Source of the DNA: an uncultured Planctomycetota bacterium
GTDB taxonomy: Bacteria > Planctomycetota > Planctomycetia > Isosphaerales > Isosphaeraceae
Length of the DNA: 64,000 nucleotides
Assembly (NCBI GenBank): GCA_963845755.1
Contig: CAWJTV010000031.1
Location: 192,001 to 256,000 of the forward strand
Reading direction: 5' to 3'
This document shows positions 1 through 11,225 of the stretch, one piece after another. Each line of letters begins with the position of its first letter. Position 1 is the first letter of the stretch. The translations under genes and the position numbers were made by a program. The notes beneath the pieces are model-generated. The model was not told the DNA's origin and did not search any database. It worked only from the letters and a program-made list of their open reading frames with translations.

Positions 1-807
1 CCTGGCCGACGGCGAGCGGGAAGGCGTAGTCGAGGAATCCGCCGGTCGTCAGCGGTGAGCCGGTAGACGAAGTCGTTGGCCCCCGCGAATCGGATGCTGC
101 TATCGGGCGTTGCGGGGAAGGCGAAGAGACGAACGATGTACGACCCTGTCGAGGGTGCTTTGAAGACGATCCTCGGGTCGCGGCCGATATCGTCGTCGTT
201 CTGGGCCAGGACGAACCCCTCGGGCGAGACGACCTGGAGGACGGCGTCCATCGGAGAGCCGAGGTGTTGATTCGCTTCCAGGCTCGGCGACGAGCGTCTG
301 GCCGCGGGTCAGACTTGACCGCGAAACCGTCCACGTCACCCGCCTTGGCCAGGCGGCCGTTGACTGTGGCCGAGGCCGTTGCGAGCCGTTGCGGAGCCTT
401 CGGCTCGTCGTTGGGCTCGACCTCGACCACCTCGGGGAGCACGCCGACGACGAACGGCCGGAGCGTCGTCGCCCCCTCTTCGTCGTAGAGCCGAACCCAG
501 CGCAAGCCGGGTGCGGCATCGGCGGCGACGACGAACGCTGAGCTTTCCCTTCTCCTTCTCGGCCCGGATCTCGACCCCTCGGCCCTCGATCCAGGCCTCG
601 AACGGGCCAGTGGTCGAAGGTCCCCGAGACTTTGACGGCGACCGTCTGGCCGCGACGCGGCCCCGGGCGGGAACAGGTCCGTCAATGTCGGCGGTTTGGC
701 AGTGGACCGGGACGCGCCGAGGCAGTGCCGTGGCGATGAGGGCCGAGAAAACGCGGACGACCCGGGTTGGCCCGACATTTCCGCGCGTGCAGGATGCGGC
801 GACTCAT
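1..807 (-). CDS. PPC (pre-peptidase C-terminal) domain protein; frameshifted and runs off the window edge
   Basis: Manual minus-strand translation gives TVNGRLAKAGDVDGFAV..GQTLVA..LGSPMDAVLQVVSPEGFVLAQNDDDIGRDPRIVFKAPSTGSYIVRLFAF..YRL, typical of planctomycete PPC repeats. The ATG (805-807) overlaps the DUF1501 stop (ATGA). Confidence 0.75.
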
Positions 808-2129
808 CCCATCAGTTCCCGGATCGGGGTCGGGTCGCTCACCAGTTGGACCGGCCGGCCGCTGGGCGTGTGGAGGATCTTGGCCGGGTCGATGCCGAGC
901 TTGGTGTAGACCGTGGCGGCGAAGTTCTCCGGGGAGAGGAGCCGCTCGTTGGCGGCGTAGCCGTGCGCGTCGGTCGAGCCGACGACCTGGCCGCCGGGCG
1001 TCCCGCAGCCGGCGAACAGGACCGACATGGCGTTGGACCAGTGGTCGCGGCCCGCATCCTTGTTGATCTTGGGCGTGCGGCCGAACTCGCCCAGCGCGAT
1101 CGACCAGCGTCGTCTCGAGCAGGCCGCGCCGGTCCAGGTCCAGGATCAGCTCGGCGATCGTCGATTCGAAGGCGGCCATGCGCTGCTTGTAGGCCTTGAA
1201 GATGCCGATGTGATGGTCCCAGCCCCCCTCGTTGAGCGTGATGAACGGCACGCCGGCCTCGACCAGGCGGCGGGCCAGCAGGGCGCGCTGGCCGAACGAA
1301 TTGCGGCCGTAGGCGTCGCGGACCATGTCGGGCTCGTTGGCCGATGTTGAAGGCCCGCTGGGCCTCCGGCGAGGACATCAGGTCGTAGCCCTGCTCGTAA
1401 TAGGCGTCGAGCGTCACGGCCGGGTCGCACGCGGCCTCGTCGGTGAAGCGCCGGAAGCGGTCGACGCGGGCACGCAGGTCGCGGCGGCGATCGAACCGAT
1501 CGTCGTCCAGTCCCGCGGGCGGCGCGACGTCCCGGACCTGGAAGTCGCTTCGGCTCGGGTCATCGGGAACCACGAACGGGGCATACTTCGCCCCGAGGAA
1601 GTTCGGGCCGCCCGACCGCGACATGCTCGGGCATCGAGAAATACGGCGGCATCCCGCCGGTCGGTCCCGCGCTCGTGCGCGGTGACCGAGCCGAGGCTGG
1701 GGTGGAAGCTGACGAACGCGCCGCAGCCGACCGGGATCCGGGTCGGGGCGCCGGTCATCATGTAGTGGTTGCCCGCGCCGTGGTTCCCCTGGTTGTGGCG
1801 GATCGATCGCACGATCGCCAGCTTGTCGGCGATCGACGCCAGCCGCTTCATCGGCTCGGAGAAGGAGATGCCGGGAACCGTGCGTCGCGATCGGCGAGAA
1901 CTCGCCCCGGATCTCCTTCGGGCGCATCCGGCTTGGGGTCGAACGTCTCGTAGTGGCTGGGTCCGCCGTCCATCCAGATCAGGATGCAGCTCGTCGGCCG
2001 GCTCCCGGCGAGGGCCGCCTGGCCTCGCAGCCGCAGGGCGTCGACCAGGCCGCCGCCGATCAGGGCGCCCAGGCCCAGCCGCAGGCAGTCGCGACGCGTC
2101 ACCGATTCGCAGTTCGTATGAAAACCCAT
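804..2129 (-). CDS. DUF1501 family protein, Tat-like signal; frameshifted
   Basis: TRRDCLRLG, SCILIWMDGGPSHYETFDPKP, YGRNSFGQRALLARRLVEAGVPF, GWDHH and VVGSTD are spread over ORFs 1848..2630, 1414..1851, 839..1927, 682..1326 and 804..1028. Confidence 0.9.
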
Positions 2130-2181
2130 CGGACGCCTCCTCGAATCCCGAATGACGCGATGGCCGCGCCGGTTCTCTCGA

Positions 2182-4394
2182 TCAGTCTTTGAAGACAAAC
2201 TCCGCCGAGTTGAGCAACGCCCACAAGAGGTCTTCGACCGCCACGCGGCGGTCGGCCCTGGGGCCTTCGAACAGCGAGACCCCGACGGCACGCTCTTCGT
2301 CGGTCGGGAGCCGGCTGTACGTGAGCAAGTAGAGTTCCTCGACGATCGCCCGCGGCGGTTCGCTTCCCCTTGGCCAGCCGTGCGGCCCGCCCGGCGTCGC
2401 TGGTGACCTTCTTGTGCAGCTCCGGCGCAGTTCATCAGGTGCAGCGCCTGGACGACCGAGGTGTCGCTGGTGCGCTCGCAGGGCGGGTCCTGGTTCGGGT
2501 CGGGCCGGCCGAACGTGTCGAGGAACAGCGAGGGGACCCGGTGCGTCCAGATCGCCGAGGCACGCGAGCCGGGCGGGGCGGCCGCGAACGTGTCGGGCAC
2601 GCCGGTCACGTCCGAGATCGCGTCGAGCAAGACCTCGGCCCGCAGCCGCTGCCGGTAGTGGCGGGAGAAGTTCCGCGTGTCGGCGACGTTGCGGTCGTTC
2701 GGCTCGGAGCTCAGGCGCGTAGACCGACGAGGCCAGGATCGTGCGGATCAGGTGCTTGAGGTCGTAGCCGTGGCGGCGGAAGTCGTCGGCCAGGGCGTCG
2801 AGCAACGGCCCGTTGCTGGGCGGATTGGTCGCGCGGAGGTCGTCGACCGGATCGACGATCCCGCGGCCCATGAGGTCGGCCCAGACCCGGTTGACGATGA
2901 CCCGTGGCGAAGTACGGGTTCTCCGGCGCGGTCATCCAGCGCGCCAGGGCCTCGCGCGGGTCGGAGTCGGCGTCGATCGCACACGGGGGCCGATCCGAAG
3001 AGCGGCCGGGGCTCCAGGACCTTCCCCGTCAGGGGATGTTTGACCGACCCCGACTTCGCCGTGTAGACGATCTCCTCGCTGCCGGAGATCGGCGGCGACA
3101 GCCCGGTCCCCTTGCGGCCGACCCGGGCGAAGTAGGCGGCGAACTCGTAGAACTGGGCCTGGTCCCACGACTCGAACGGATGGTGGTGGCACTTGGCGCA
3201 TTCGAGCCGGATGCCGAGGAAGAGCTGGCTGACCATCGGCGCGATCTCTTCGGGCTCGCGGCGGTCGCGGAAGATCGTCGCCGGCCCTTGCTCGAACGTG
3301 CTCCCTCGCGCCGTGACGATCGCATGCACGAACTGGTCATAGGGCAGGTTGCGGCGGAAGGCGTCGCGGATCCAGCCGTCGAGGTTCAGGACCGCCTTGA
3401 TCCCCACGCGGTAGGGATTCGGCCGGAGCAGATCGACCCACTTGTTGGCCCAGTGGTCGGCGTATTCCGGTCGATCGAGCAGCCGATCGACCAGCCGCGC
3501 CCGCTTGTCGGCCGAGGTATCGGCGAGGAACTCCCGGACCTCGTCGGGACGACGGCAAGCCGGCCGATCACGTCCACGTAGGCACGCCGGAGGTAGGTCG
3601 CATCGCCCGCCGGGACCGACGGGAACAGCCCGAGCTTGCGGAGCTTCGTCCAGACAAGGTCGTCGATGAAGTTCGATCGCGGCAGCGAGTCGTACCGCGC
3701 TGGCGGGAATCGCTCCGGGCAACGGGATGCTCACATCGCAGTTGGCGAACAGACCGCCGAACCGCGCCGAGATGGTCGCCTCGCCCGGGATCGGCCCGGC
3801 CTTGACCTGACCATCGGCGTCCACATTCACCAGGGCCGACTCGCTCGAGGCGAACGCCGCCAGAGCGGTCACGTCCTCGGCCGAGCCGTCCGTGAAATGG
3901 GCCGTGACGCCGCAATGCGAACGATTCCGCCGCGTTTCAGCCGTCCGCTCGGTCGGCTCGACGACGATCCGTTCCAGCCGAGGCGCATCGGACGGAGTGC
4001 GAGGCATGCCCGCGGCGATCCAGCGGAGGACCGTCTCATACGCCGGACTGCCGGGCGCCAGTCGCAGGCCGCCGCCGTGCGGCACCCGCGCCGTGGCCTT
4101 GCGGAGCAGCAGGCTCTCCTGCGGCATCAGCCGGGAGACGCGACGCCCGACGGCTTCCCTGACGATCGCGTCGTAATCGAATGCCGGATCGAATCCCAGG
4201 AGCGACAAGGCAAACCCGTTCTGCCCCCGCGCCTTGCCGTGACAGGCCCCGGCATTGCAGCCGGCCCGCGTCAGGATCGGCTCGATATCCCGCTCGAACG
4301 TCACAGACCTGGTTTCGCCGGCCTCGACACCCGAAAGACCGACCGGGACCAGGACGGCTATCGAGATCACGAGCCCGAAAACTCTGTGTCCCAT
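2182..4394 (-). CDS. DUF1549/DUF1553 (PSCyt2/PSD1) protein with an Ig-like (Big_2-like) domain; frameshifted
   Basis: Signal peptide, then FERDIEPILTRAGCNAGACHG, LVDRLLDRPEY, LGIRLECAKCHHHP, GRGIVDPVDD, FLDTFGRP and EDLLWALLNSAEFVF. Assembled from ORFs 2748..4532, 1848..2630 and 2182..2871. Confidence 0.9.
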
Positions 4395-4986
4395 CCCGGA
4401 GCCTCGCTCATCGCGCCACGGTTCCAACTCACACGCACGGCTGAATCTTAAACCATCGCGAGAGAAAGATCCAACAATTCTCCAACTCCGAGACGGGCAT
4501 TCCGCAATATTACTCAAATTCCGCCAGGTCACGGCGGAGTTACTGGCAATGAGCCGCCGATTCGTGAAGATTCGCCATCATTTTACTTGGAATGGCATGA
4601 GATCTGACGAAGACCACCTACGGTTAGAGGATCCGTGAATCGACCAATTCCCCCCTGGTATCGGGATTCCAACCACAATGGTTATGATTTGCCGATTTCA
4701 TCCGTGACCGACTCGTCATCGAGAAGTCGGTTCGCGATCCAAACGATCCCGCGATTCGTGCCGACGCTGGCGCCGGTTTCAACTGCTCGGATCTCACGGC
4801 GATTCTGAATCGCGGCGAGTCTCTACGGTATCGAAGCCTGGGCGAGAGCGGCGCGTACCGGTCGAGGACCTCCAGACGATCGGAGAGAAATGCCCCGGCG
4901 CATGGAAATCGCATCTACCGAGGATTGCATGGAAAACGAACCGCCGAGACGATCCTTCAGAACTTACACGACATTCGTCGTTAAGA

Positions 4987-5056
4987 AACCGATCCGGTTG
5001 TCGGTTAATACGAAAGAAGCCTCTAAGGATCGACGCGGAGAACCCATTCGGTTGTC
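4987..5056 (+). promoter_or_regulatory. Two copies of a 16-bp operator-like motif (AACCnATnCGGTTGTC)
   Basis: 4987-5002 aaccgatccggttgtc and 5041-5056 aacccattcggttgtc (14/16 identical). The first contains the palindrome AACCG-N3-CGGTT. They lie 50-120 bp upstream of the desaturase gene. Confidence 0.45.
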
Positions 5057-5107
5057 CTCGGGAAGTGTTGGACCGAGGATGCGGATGGCGGAATCGGGAG
5101 GAATGTC

Positions 5108-6697
5108 ATGTATGATGCGGCGGTCATCGGGGGCGGGATCGCCGGTATGGCGACGGCCGCGCGGCTCCAGGCGCGGGGCTTGACCACGATCGTCCTGGAG
5201 GCCCATGGCCAGCCGGGAGGCTGTGCCGGCTACTTTCGCCGCAAGGGATTCTCGTTTGACGTCGGTGCCACCACACTCGTGGATTTTGGTCCCGGGGGAG
5301 TCGGCGGCGAGCTGCTGGAGAGTATCGGCATGCCGCCGCCGGAGGGCGAAGACCTGCCGGGTTACGTCGCCTGGCTGCCCGACCGCACCGTGACGCTCTA
5401 TCGCGACCCGATGTCCTGGCATCGGGAGCGGCTCCGGGTCTTCGGGGACACGCCGTCGCATCGCGCGTTCTGGGGCCTGCTGGACCGCCTCGCGAGCGTC
5501 TTCTGGAAGGCCAGCCGTGACGGCGTCAAGTTGCCGATCCAGCGCCTCGTCGATGCAGTCGGCGCCATGGGCGCGGTCGGACTCCGCGGGTTGCCCCTGG
5601 TCGGCTATCTGTCATGGACGATGGCACGGGCGTTGCGGGCTCACGGCTTGCAACACGACCAGGCGCTCGCCGGCCTGCTATCGATGCTCGTCGAAGACAC
5701 GGTCCACAGCACTCTCGAGGATGCGCCGCTGATCAACGCCGCTCTGGGTGTCACGATCCGGGGCGCCGGCCTGCTCCGGGCGCGAGGTGGCATGCGCGGA
5801 TTCTGGCGACGGTTCACGGCCCATTACGTCGCGCTCGGGGGTATCCTGCGAGTCGGCTGTCCCGTCGAGAAGATCGAGGGGAGGGCGGGAGATTATCACC
5901 TGACCACGCGACGTGGGAGGATCGCGGCCGGTCAGGTAGTCGCGGCGGTCCCGCTCTCGCTGGCCGCCAAACTCGGTCCCGATTCCGTTGCCGAAGCGAT
6001 GCAGCCTTATCTCCGCCGCGATGCCGACGCGCAGGGGGGCGCCGTGGTGGTCTTCCTCGGCGTTCCCGAGCGCGAGGTCGCTGATCGGACATTCACGCAC
6101 CACCAGCTCATGACCGACTATCAACGGCCGCTCGGAGACGGCAATAACATGTTCGTCTCCGTCTCTGCCGCCGGCGACACGGACAGCGCGCCGGCCGGTT
6201 ACCGCGCGGTGATGATCTCGACACATTGCGAGCTGGCACCGTGGGAGCGGCTCACACTCGAGGAGTATGAGGCCCGCAAGCAGGATGCCGGCAATCGTCT
6301 GATCGATCTGGCACGTCGGGTCTATCCCGAATTAGGGCGGGACGCCGTCGTTCACGAGGTCGCCACGCCCCGGACGTACGAGCGATTCACCCGGCGGCCT
6401 CGCGGTTCTGTAGGGGGCGTTCGCCTGAACCTGGCCAACGCGAACCAGAACGCCGTACCACACGACCTGGGCATCCCCGGCTACTGGCTCGCGGGCGACA
6501 CCACCTGGCCAGGCCTGGGGACCGTCGCCTGCTGCCTCGGTAGCCGGATCGTGGCCGCGGGTGTGTATGCCAGGGTCGCCCGTCGCGCCCTGCCCCCGGC
6601 GCCGAATCATCTCGAGACGAGGAGCCAGCCGTGCCGCCATCGACGTGCCCTGACCTGGAACTCCCCACGCTCAACGGCCTCGGCGCCGACCTGTTGA
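5108..6697 (+). CDS. Phytoene desaturase/carotenoid isomerase family FAD oxidoreductase (CrtI/CrtD/CrtH-like)
   Basis: N-terminal Rossmann motif DAAVIGGGIAGMATAARL..LEAHGQPGGCAGYFRRKGFSFDVGAT; C-terminal ATPRTYERFT and LAGDTTWPGLG. Confidence 0.85.
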   Translation: MYDAAVIGGGIAGMATAARLQARGLTTIVLEAHGQPGGCAGYFRRKGFSFDVGATTLVDFGPGGVGGELLESIGMPPPEGEDLPGYVAWLPDRTVTLYRDPMSWHRERLRVFGDTPSHRAFWGLLDRLASVFWKASRDGVKLPIQRLVDAVGAMGAVGLRGLPLVGYLSWTMARALRAHGLQHDQALAGLLSMLVEDTVHSTLEDAPLINAALGVTIRGAGLLRARGGMRGFWRRFTAHYVALGGILRVGCPVEKIEGRAGDYHLTTRRGRIAAGQVVAAVPLSLAAKLGPDSVAEAMQPYLRRDADAQGGAVVVFLGVPEREVADRTFTHHQLMTDYQRPLGDGNNMFVSVSAAGDTDSAPAGYRAVMISTHCELAPWERLTLEEYEARKQDAGNRLIDLARRVYPELGRDAVVHEVATPRTYERFTRRPRGSVGGVRLNLANANQNAVPHDLGIPGYWLAGDTTWPGLGTVACCLGSRIVAAGVYARVARRALPPAPNHLETRSQPCRHRRALTWNSPRSTASAPTC

Positions 6698-7452
6698 CGA
6701 CGACGCCCGCGCAGAGGCGGCTCGCACTCGCACGGCCGTTCCTGGGCGTCGCCGCTTACGTCCTGGCGGCCGGCGCGGGTCAATGGTGGTTGACTCCGTT
6801 CCTGGTCTTCTTGATCTTCGTGGCCGTGGTGACCGTGACACACGATGTCGTCCACGGTTCGCTGGGATTGTCTCCCCGACAGACGGAGTGGGCGCTCTTT
6901 GCCCTCGGTGCCGTCGTGATGGAGAGTGGACATGCCTACCGTGCCACCCACTTGCGTCACCACCGCGTCTTCCCGCAAGCGGACGATCCCGAAGGCGACC
7001 CAGCCCGCATGAGTCTGCTCGGATCGATCCTCTGGGGGCCTTTGTTCCTGCCCCGACTCTGGTGCTGGGCCTACGCCCGGGGCCGGCCCGGCGGAGGCCA
7101 GCGACGCTGGCTGATGGCCGAGGCCGTTTGGGCCTTCGCGGTCCCGATGGCAGGGCTCGGTCTGCTGTCGCGGACGCCCGCCGTGATCGTCTACGCGGCT
7201 CTGGCCGTCATCGGCAGTTGGGTCTACCCGCTCCTCACGGTCCACCTCCCCCACCGGCACTACGGCGAGACGCCCCTGACCCAGACCCACACCCTGCGCG
7301 GTTCGATCGTCCCCGCGCTCTTCCTGGAGTTGACATATCATCTGGAACACCACCTCTATCCGGAAGTACCCAGCCATCAACTGGCCGAACTGTCCCGACG
7401 GCTCGACCCCCTGCTCAGACAGGCTGGAGTCCAACCCTGGCGCGTCCCCTGA
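6631..7452 (+). CDS. Membrane fatty-acid desaturase family protein (carotenoid hydroxylase/ketolase-like)
   Basis: Three His boxes (HDVVH, HLRHH, HLEHH) plus hydrophobic segments; overlaps the upstream gene. Confidence 0.85.
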   Translation: MPPSTCPDLELPTLNGLGADLLTTTPAQRRLALARPFLGVAAYVLAAGAGQWWLTPFLVFLIFVAVVTVTHDVVHGSLGLSPRQTEWALFALGAVVMESGHAYRATHLRHHRVFPQADDPEGDPARMSLLGSILWGPLFLPRLWCWAYARGRPGGGQRRWLMAEAVWAFAVPMAGLGLLSRTPAVIVYAALAVIGSWVYPLLTVHLPHRHYGETPLTQTHTLRGSIVPALFLELTYHLEHHLYPEVPSHQLAELSRRLDPLLRQAGVQPWRVP

Positions 7453-7624
7453 GCCGGGTTTGTCGGGGAGGATCCGGCGCGATTGTGCACTCGATTCCCC
7501 GCAAAATCCTGGTATCATGAGCATCGACTACGTCTGCATCCTCAACCGATTCTTCCCAATCGTTCACCACGCCCCCGGACGAAGGCACCGTGAAGGATCG
7601 ACGGATTCACGCATGGAGGTGATA

Positions 7625-10533
7625 ATGCGCTCGGCATCAAGGATGTACCTGCTGCTTTGCCTATTTGGTATGTCCGCAAACCCGGAAGTGACGATCGGTG
7701 ACGATGATCCTGCGGGTACTGAGAGCCAATCGTCGCGGGCCATGCCGATCCTGCGGGCGGCCTACCAGCGGGGCGGAACGGCTCGTGGGTTCTCGGTCCG
7801 CTGGATGGGCCAGGATGGACAGGACTACGTCGGCCCGAGCAACCGTCTGGAGCCCAGTGAGGTCCAGGACGTCCACCTGGCGCTCGGCGGCCTCAACCCG
7901 GCGCGGGCGGTAGTCTCCATCGACGTGCTGGCGCAAGGAGGCGACCAGTGGCAGTACAAGGAGCAGCCATCCTCGTGGAAGGCTGAATTGAGGCGGACTC
8001 GGGGCGCGACGACGGCGGACCTGTATCTTGAGCCGAGTCGTGCGGAGACCGGCCGCGTCTTCCACATCACGCTCCGCTACGATGATGGCTCGACGGTCGA
8101 GGCAGACGTCCGGTCGCGCCGGACCGATCCCGATCTGCGGATGCCGGGCACGGCACTCCAGGCACAATGGGTCGGACAAGGAGATAACGACCGGGTTGGG
8201 CCAGGGCCCTCGGTCGGTCCCGACGGGATCCCGGATGTCCGGATCCGGCTCAGCAAGCTGAGCGTGAAGGCGCCGATCCGGTCGATTCGCATCGACAGTC
8301 CCTCGGGATCCCACTGGGAGTTCGGGCCGAATCCCCAGCTTTTCTCCAATGCCGAACTGATCCGCGACGTCAAGGATCCGTCGCGAGGCGACCTCTTCCT
8401 CCAGCCCGAACAGGACCTGACCGGCCAGCGACTCAAGATCACGGTGTTCTACGCGAATGAGAAACGCGACGTGGCCACGGTCACCGGAGGCCGATTCGCG
8501 TCGAACGCTCCGTGTGACCCAGGCACCGCTACCGAAGATCGAGGAACAGTCGCTGAACGCGAAATGGCTGGGCCAGGACGGGGACAGCCGTTCGCGGATG
8601 GGCGACGTTCACGTCGTCCTGAGCGGGCTTTCCGCAACCGCCAAGCTGGGCGCCGTCGTGCTCACCGGATCGGTTCGCGGATTCTGGGTCTATCGCGAAA
8701 GCGAGCCGCGTCGCGGTCGCCGCCGACCCGCTGGCCGCGCCCTTGGAAGTCCGGGCTCGGCCCGATCGCACCTCGCTGGACCTGTTCTTCGCCCCTTGCC
8801 GCGACTCCCGGAAGGAGACGTTTAGCATACGACTGATCTGGACCGATGGCCTGATGACGTATGCGCGGTTCTCCGGTGGGCCGTGCGACCTCGGGCGTCG
8901 GGCGCCGTCGCCCGCCTCGACGCACGTCGATGCGCAACCCGGGGATGACCTTCAATCGCTCGTGGACGGTCACGGGACCATCGTCCTCACGCCGGGGACC
9001 TACCGGCTCATTCATCCCCTGGTGCTCAATCATCCGGTCACCCTCACCTCGCGCGGAAAAGCGACGCTCCTCTTTGCCCAGGATCGGTCCGATCCGCCGT
9101 GGACGACGGCCGTCAAGGTCCGCTGCGGCAATACGACCCTGGAGAAGTTTGCGGTCCGTTTCGAAGGGCCCGTGCGATGGAACCAGGAGGTGTCCTATGG
9201 TCCGGCGATCGTCGGGATGACCGATAACCTCGAACCGGGCTATGACGAGTCCAAGGTGAATGTGGTTTTCACCGGGCTCGACCTCGAGCAGCCCGATTCC
9301 GAGAACCCGTCCGGTCGGATCGTCGCCATCGGCCTGATGCGATTGGTCCACGCACAGTCCGGTGTGATCGCGAAGAATGTCCTCCGCGGTGGCACCATCG
9401 AGTTCTTCGACGGCCCCTGGCAGATCGTGGATAATGTGTTCCGCGGCACGCCTCCCGGCACGTTCTCATTCGGGTTCGCGTCGGGCCACAATGTCCACGA
9501 CATCGTGGTGCGCGGCAACCGTCTGAGTGCCCCGGCGCCCAGTGGGAAGACCTGGCGGTTCCTGACACTCACCGGGACGGGCGTGCAGGATCGGATCGAG
9601 CAAAACCTGGTGGAAGGGATCGGGGCGCACGACAACGATACCATCCCCCCGATGAACGCGCCGGAAATCATCCTGACCGAGGGCTACTTCCTCAAGTATG
9701 AAGGTAAAGTCCTCGCCACGTCGGTCAACCGCAAGGTCATCCGGGTCGGCCAGCCTCAGTGGGACATGGTTCGGACCGGCGACGTCATCTCGATCCTGTC
9801 GGGACCGGGGGCCGGGTCCTGGCGGCGCATCTCTCAGGCCATCGATGCCACGACGTTCCTCGTGGACGCGCCCATCCCGCTCGGGACCGAAGCGGTCTCC
9901 ATCTCGCAGGGGTTCGTCAACGAGGTGTTTGAGGCGAACACCATCGACATCCGGGGCGGCCGAGGATCCGATGGCCTGGTCTTCGCCGGCAACCACTTCG
10001 GCACTCGCGTCGTGAACAACCTCCTGCTCGGGGGCGGCCTGGCCTTCCGGATGATGGCCTGTCCGACCGAGCAACCCATGATCTGGGGCTGGTCGCACGC
10101 GCCGTTCCTCGGCGGCACGATCGAGAGGAACGTTTTGGAAGACTGCGAGCAGGGGGGAATCGTGGGCGTTGATCATTCGCAGTACATCAAGACGAACCAG
10201 GGTCGAACCTATATGAGCGTGGTGCTTCGCAAGAACATAGTGCGCTGGACCGAGCCGTTCCTGGCCCGGAGGGTGCGGTCTGACGCGAAGAAGCCGCTGA
10301 CGGGACTGACGGTCGGCTATCAACCCTCGAAAGATCCGGCTGAACTCCTCGTGACGGGCGAGGGAAATCGCCTGGATGCTCCCCGTGGATATGAGGACGC
10401 CCCGGCTCTGGTCGTCCATGCGGCCTTCTACAATTCCCATCGCATGGTCAATCGCCGGTTCAAGCTTTTGTCCGACCGAGCGGCGACTCCCGGCAAGCAG
10501 ACCTCGAATATCAAGGACGCGAGCCGGCGTTGA
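7625..10533 (+). CDS. Secreted protein with three tandem ~110-aa repeats and a right-handed parallel beta-helix (pectin-lyase-like) domain; frameshifts near 8500 and 8720
   Basis: GGAGGT RBS at 7615-7620 and a hydrophobic N-terminus. ORFs 7460..8836, 8457..8825 and 8743..10533 join. PGDDLQSLVDGHGTIVLTPGTYRL and repeated I-x-x-N motifs indicate a beta-helix. Confidence 0.7.
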
Positions 10534-10572
10534 GATTGCACGGCTTCTGCGGTCCGACTGCGGAAAAACACG

Positions 10573-10857
10573 ATGAGCAAACCATCTCGGAAACGATCCT
10601 GTGGCCCGAAGAGTCCTGGAGATCCCCCGCGCGTCCCACCTGGTCCGGCCCCGCAAGGGGACGAACTCGTCATGGAGCGATATGGGCGCATCCGCGATCT
10701 GGACCGCTCATTCGATATCCAGTACTGGCAGCAGCAAGGACACGCAGCAATCTTCCGGGCGGCCTGGGAGTTGGTCGAGCTTTACTGGCGCACCCATGGT
10801 AGGGATCCGCATGAACTCCGACTTCAAAAATCTATTGAAAATTTTGAACGATTATAA
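10573..10857 (+). CDS. Small hypothetical protein, likely partner of the downstream nucleotidyltransferase (alternative start at 10672)
   Basis: DLDRSFDIQYWQQQGHAAIFRAAWELV..RLQKSI resembles short ORFs that precede minimal nucleotidyltransferases; overlaps the next gene. Confidence 0.55.
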   Translation: MSKPSRKRSCGPKSPGDPPRVPPGPAPQGDELVMERYGRIRDLDRSFDIQYWQQQGHAAIFRAAWELVELYWRTHGRDPHELRLQKSIENFERL

Positions 10858-11123
10858 GGTCCATTACCTCGATATCTGGATTGAGGCTTCACCCAAGAAC
10901 GCCCGCGATCTTCAGAGCGCTCGAGAAATTCGGCGCTCCTCTCGTCAACCTGACAGAAGCCGACTTTGCCGCGAAAGGCTTCCTCTACCACACGGGGCGT
11001 CCGCCGTCCCGAATCGACGTCTTGATGTCGATCGGAGGCGTCGAGTTTGCCGATGCCTGGCCTGATCGAGTCAACATCAACTTCGATAGGGTCATCGGAC
11101 GTGTCATCTCGCGCAAGCATTAA
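10811..11123 (+). pseudogene. Nucleotidyltransferase (DUF6036-like) remnant
   Basis: MNSDFKNLLKILNDYKVHYL-DIWIEASPKNA, frameshift, then AIFRALEKFGAPL..GRPPSRIDVLMSIGGVEFADAW. The usual GG..TxDLD segment is missing and the C-terminus looks truncated. Confidence 0.6.
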
Positions 11124-11225
11124 CAGCTCCATCGCCGGACTGATTCGCCGCTTGCCCATTCGACTCGTTCGACTTAGACTCATCGTCTCGTCGAATCGAG
11201 CACCGGCACCTGGGGAGGCGGACGA

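Noticed and set aside
4593..4608. TGGCATGAGATCTGA as a sigma54 promoter
   Set aside because: Has GA in place of the conserved -12 GC.
4624..4914. Short ORFs in the 4.5-5.1 kb divergent intergenic region
   Set aside because: No recognisable motifs or RBS; more likely promoter DNA.
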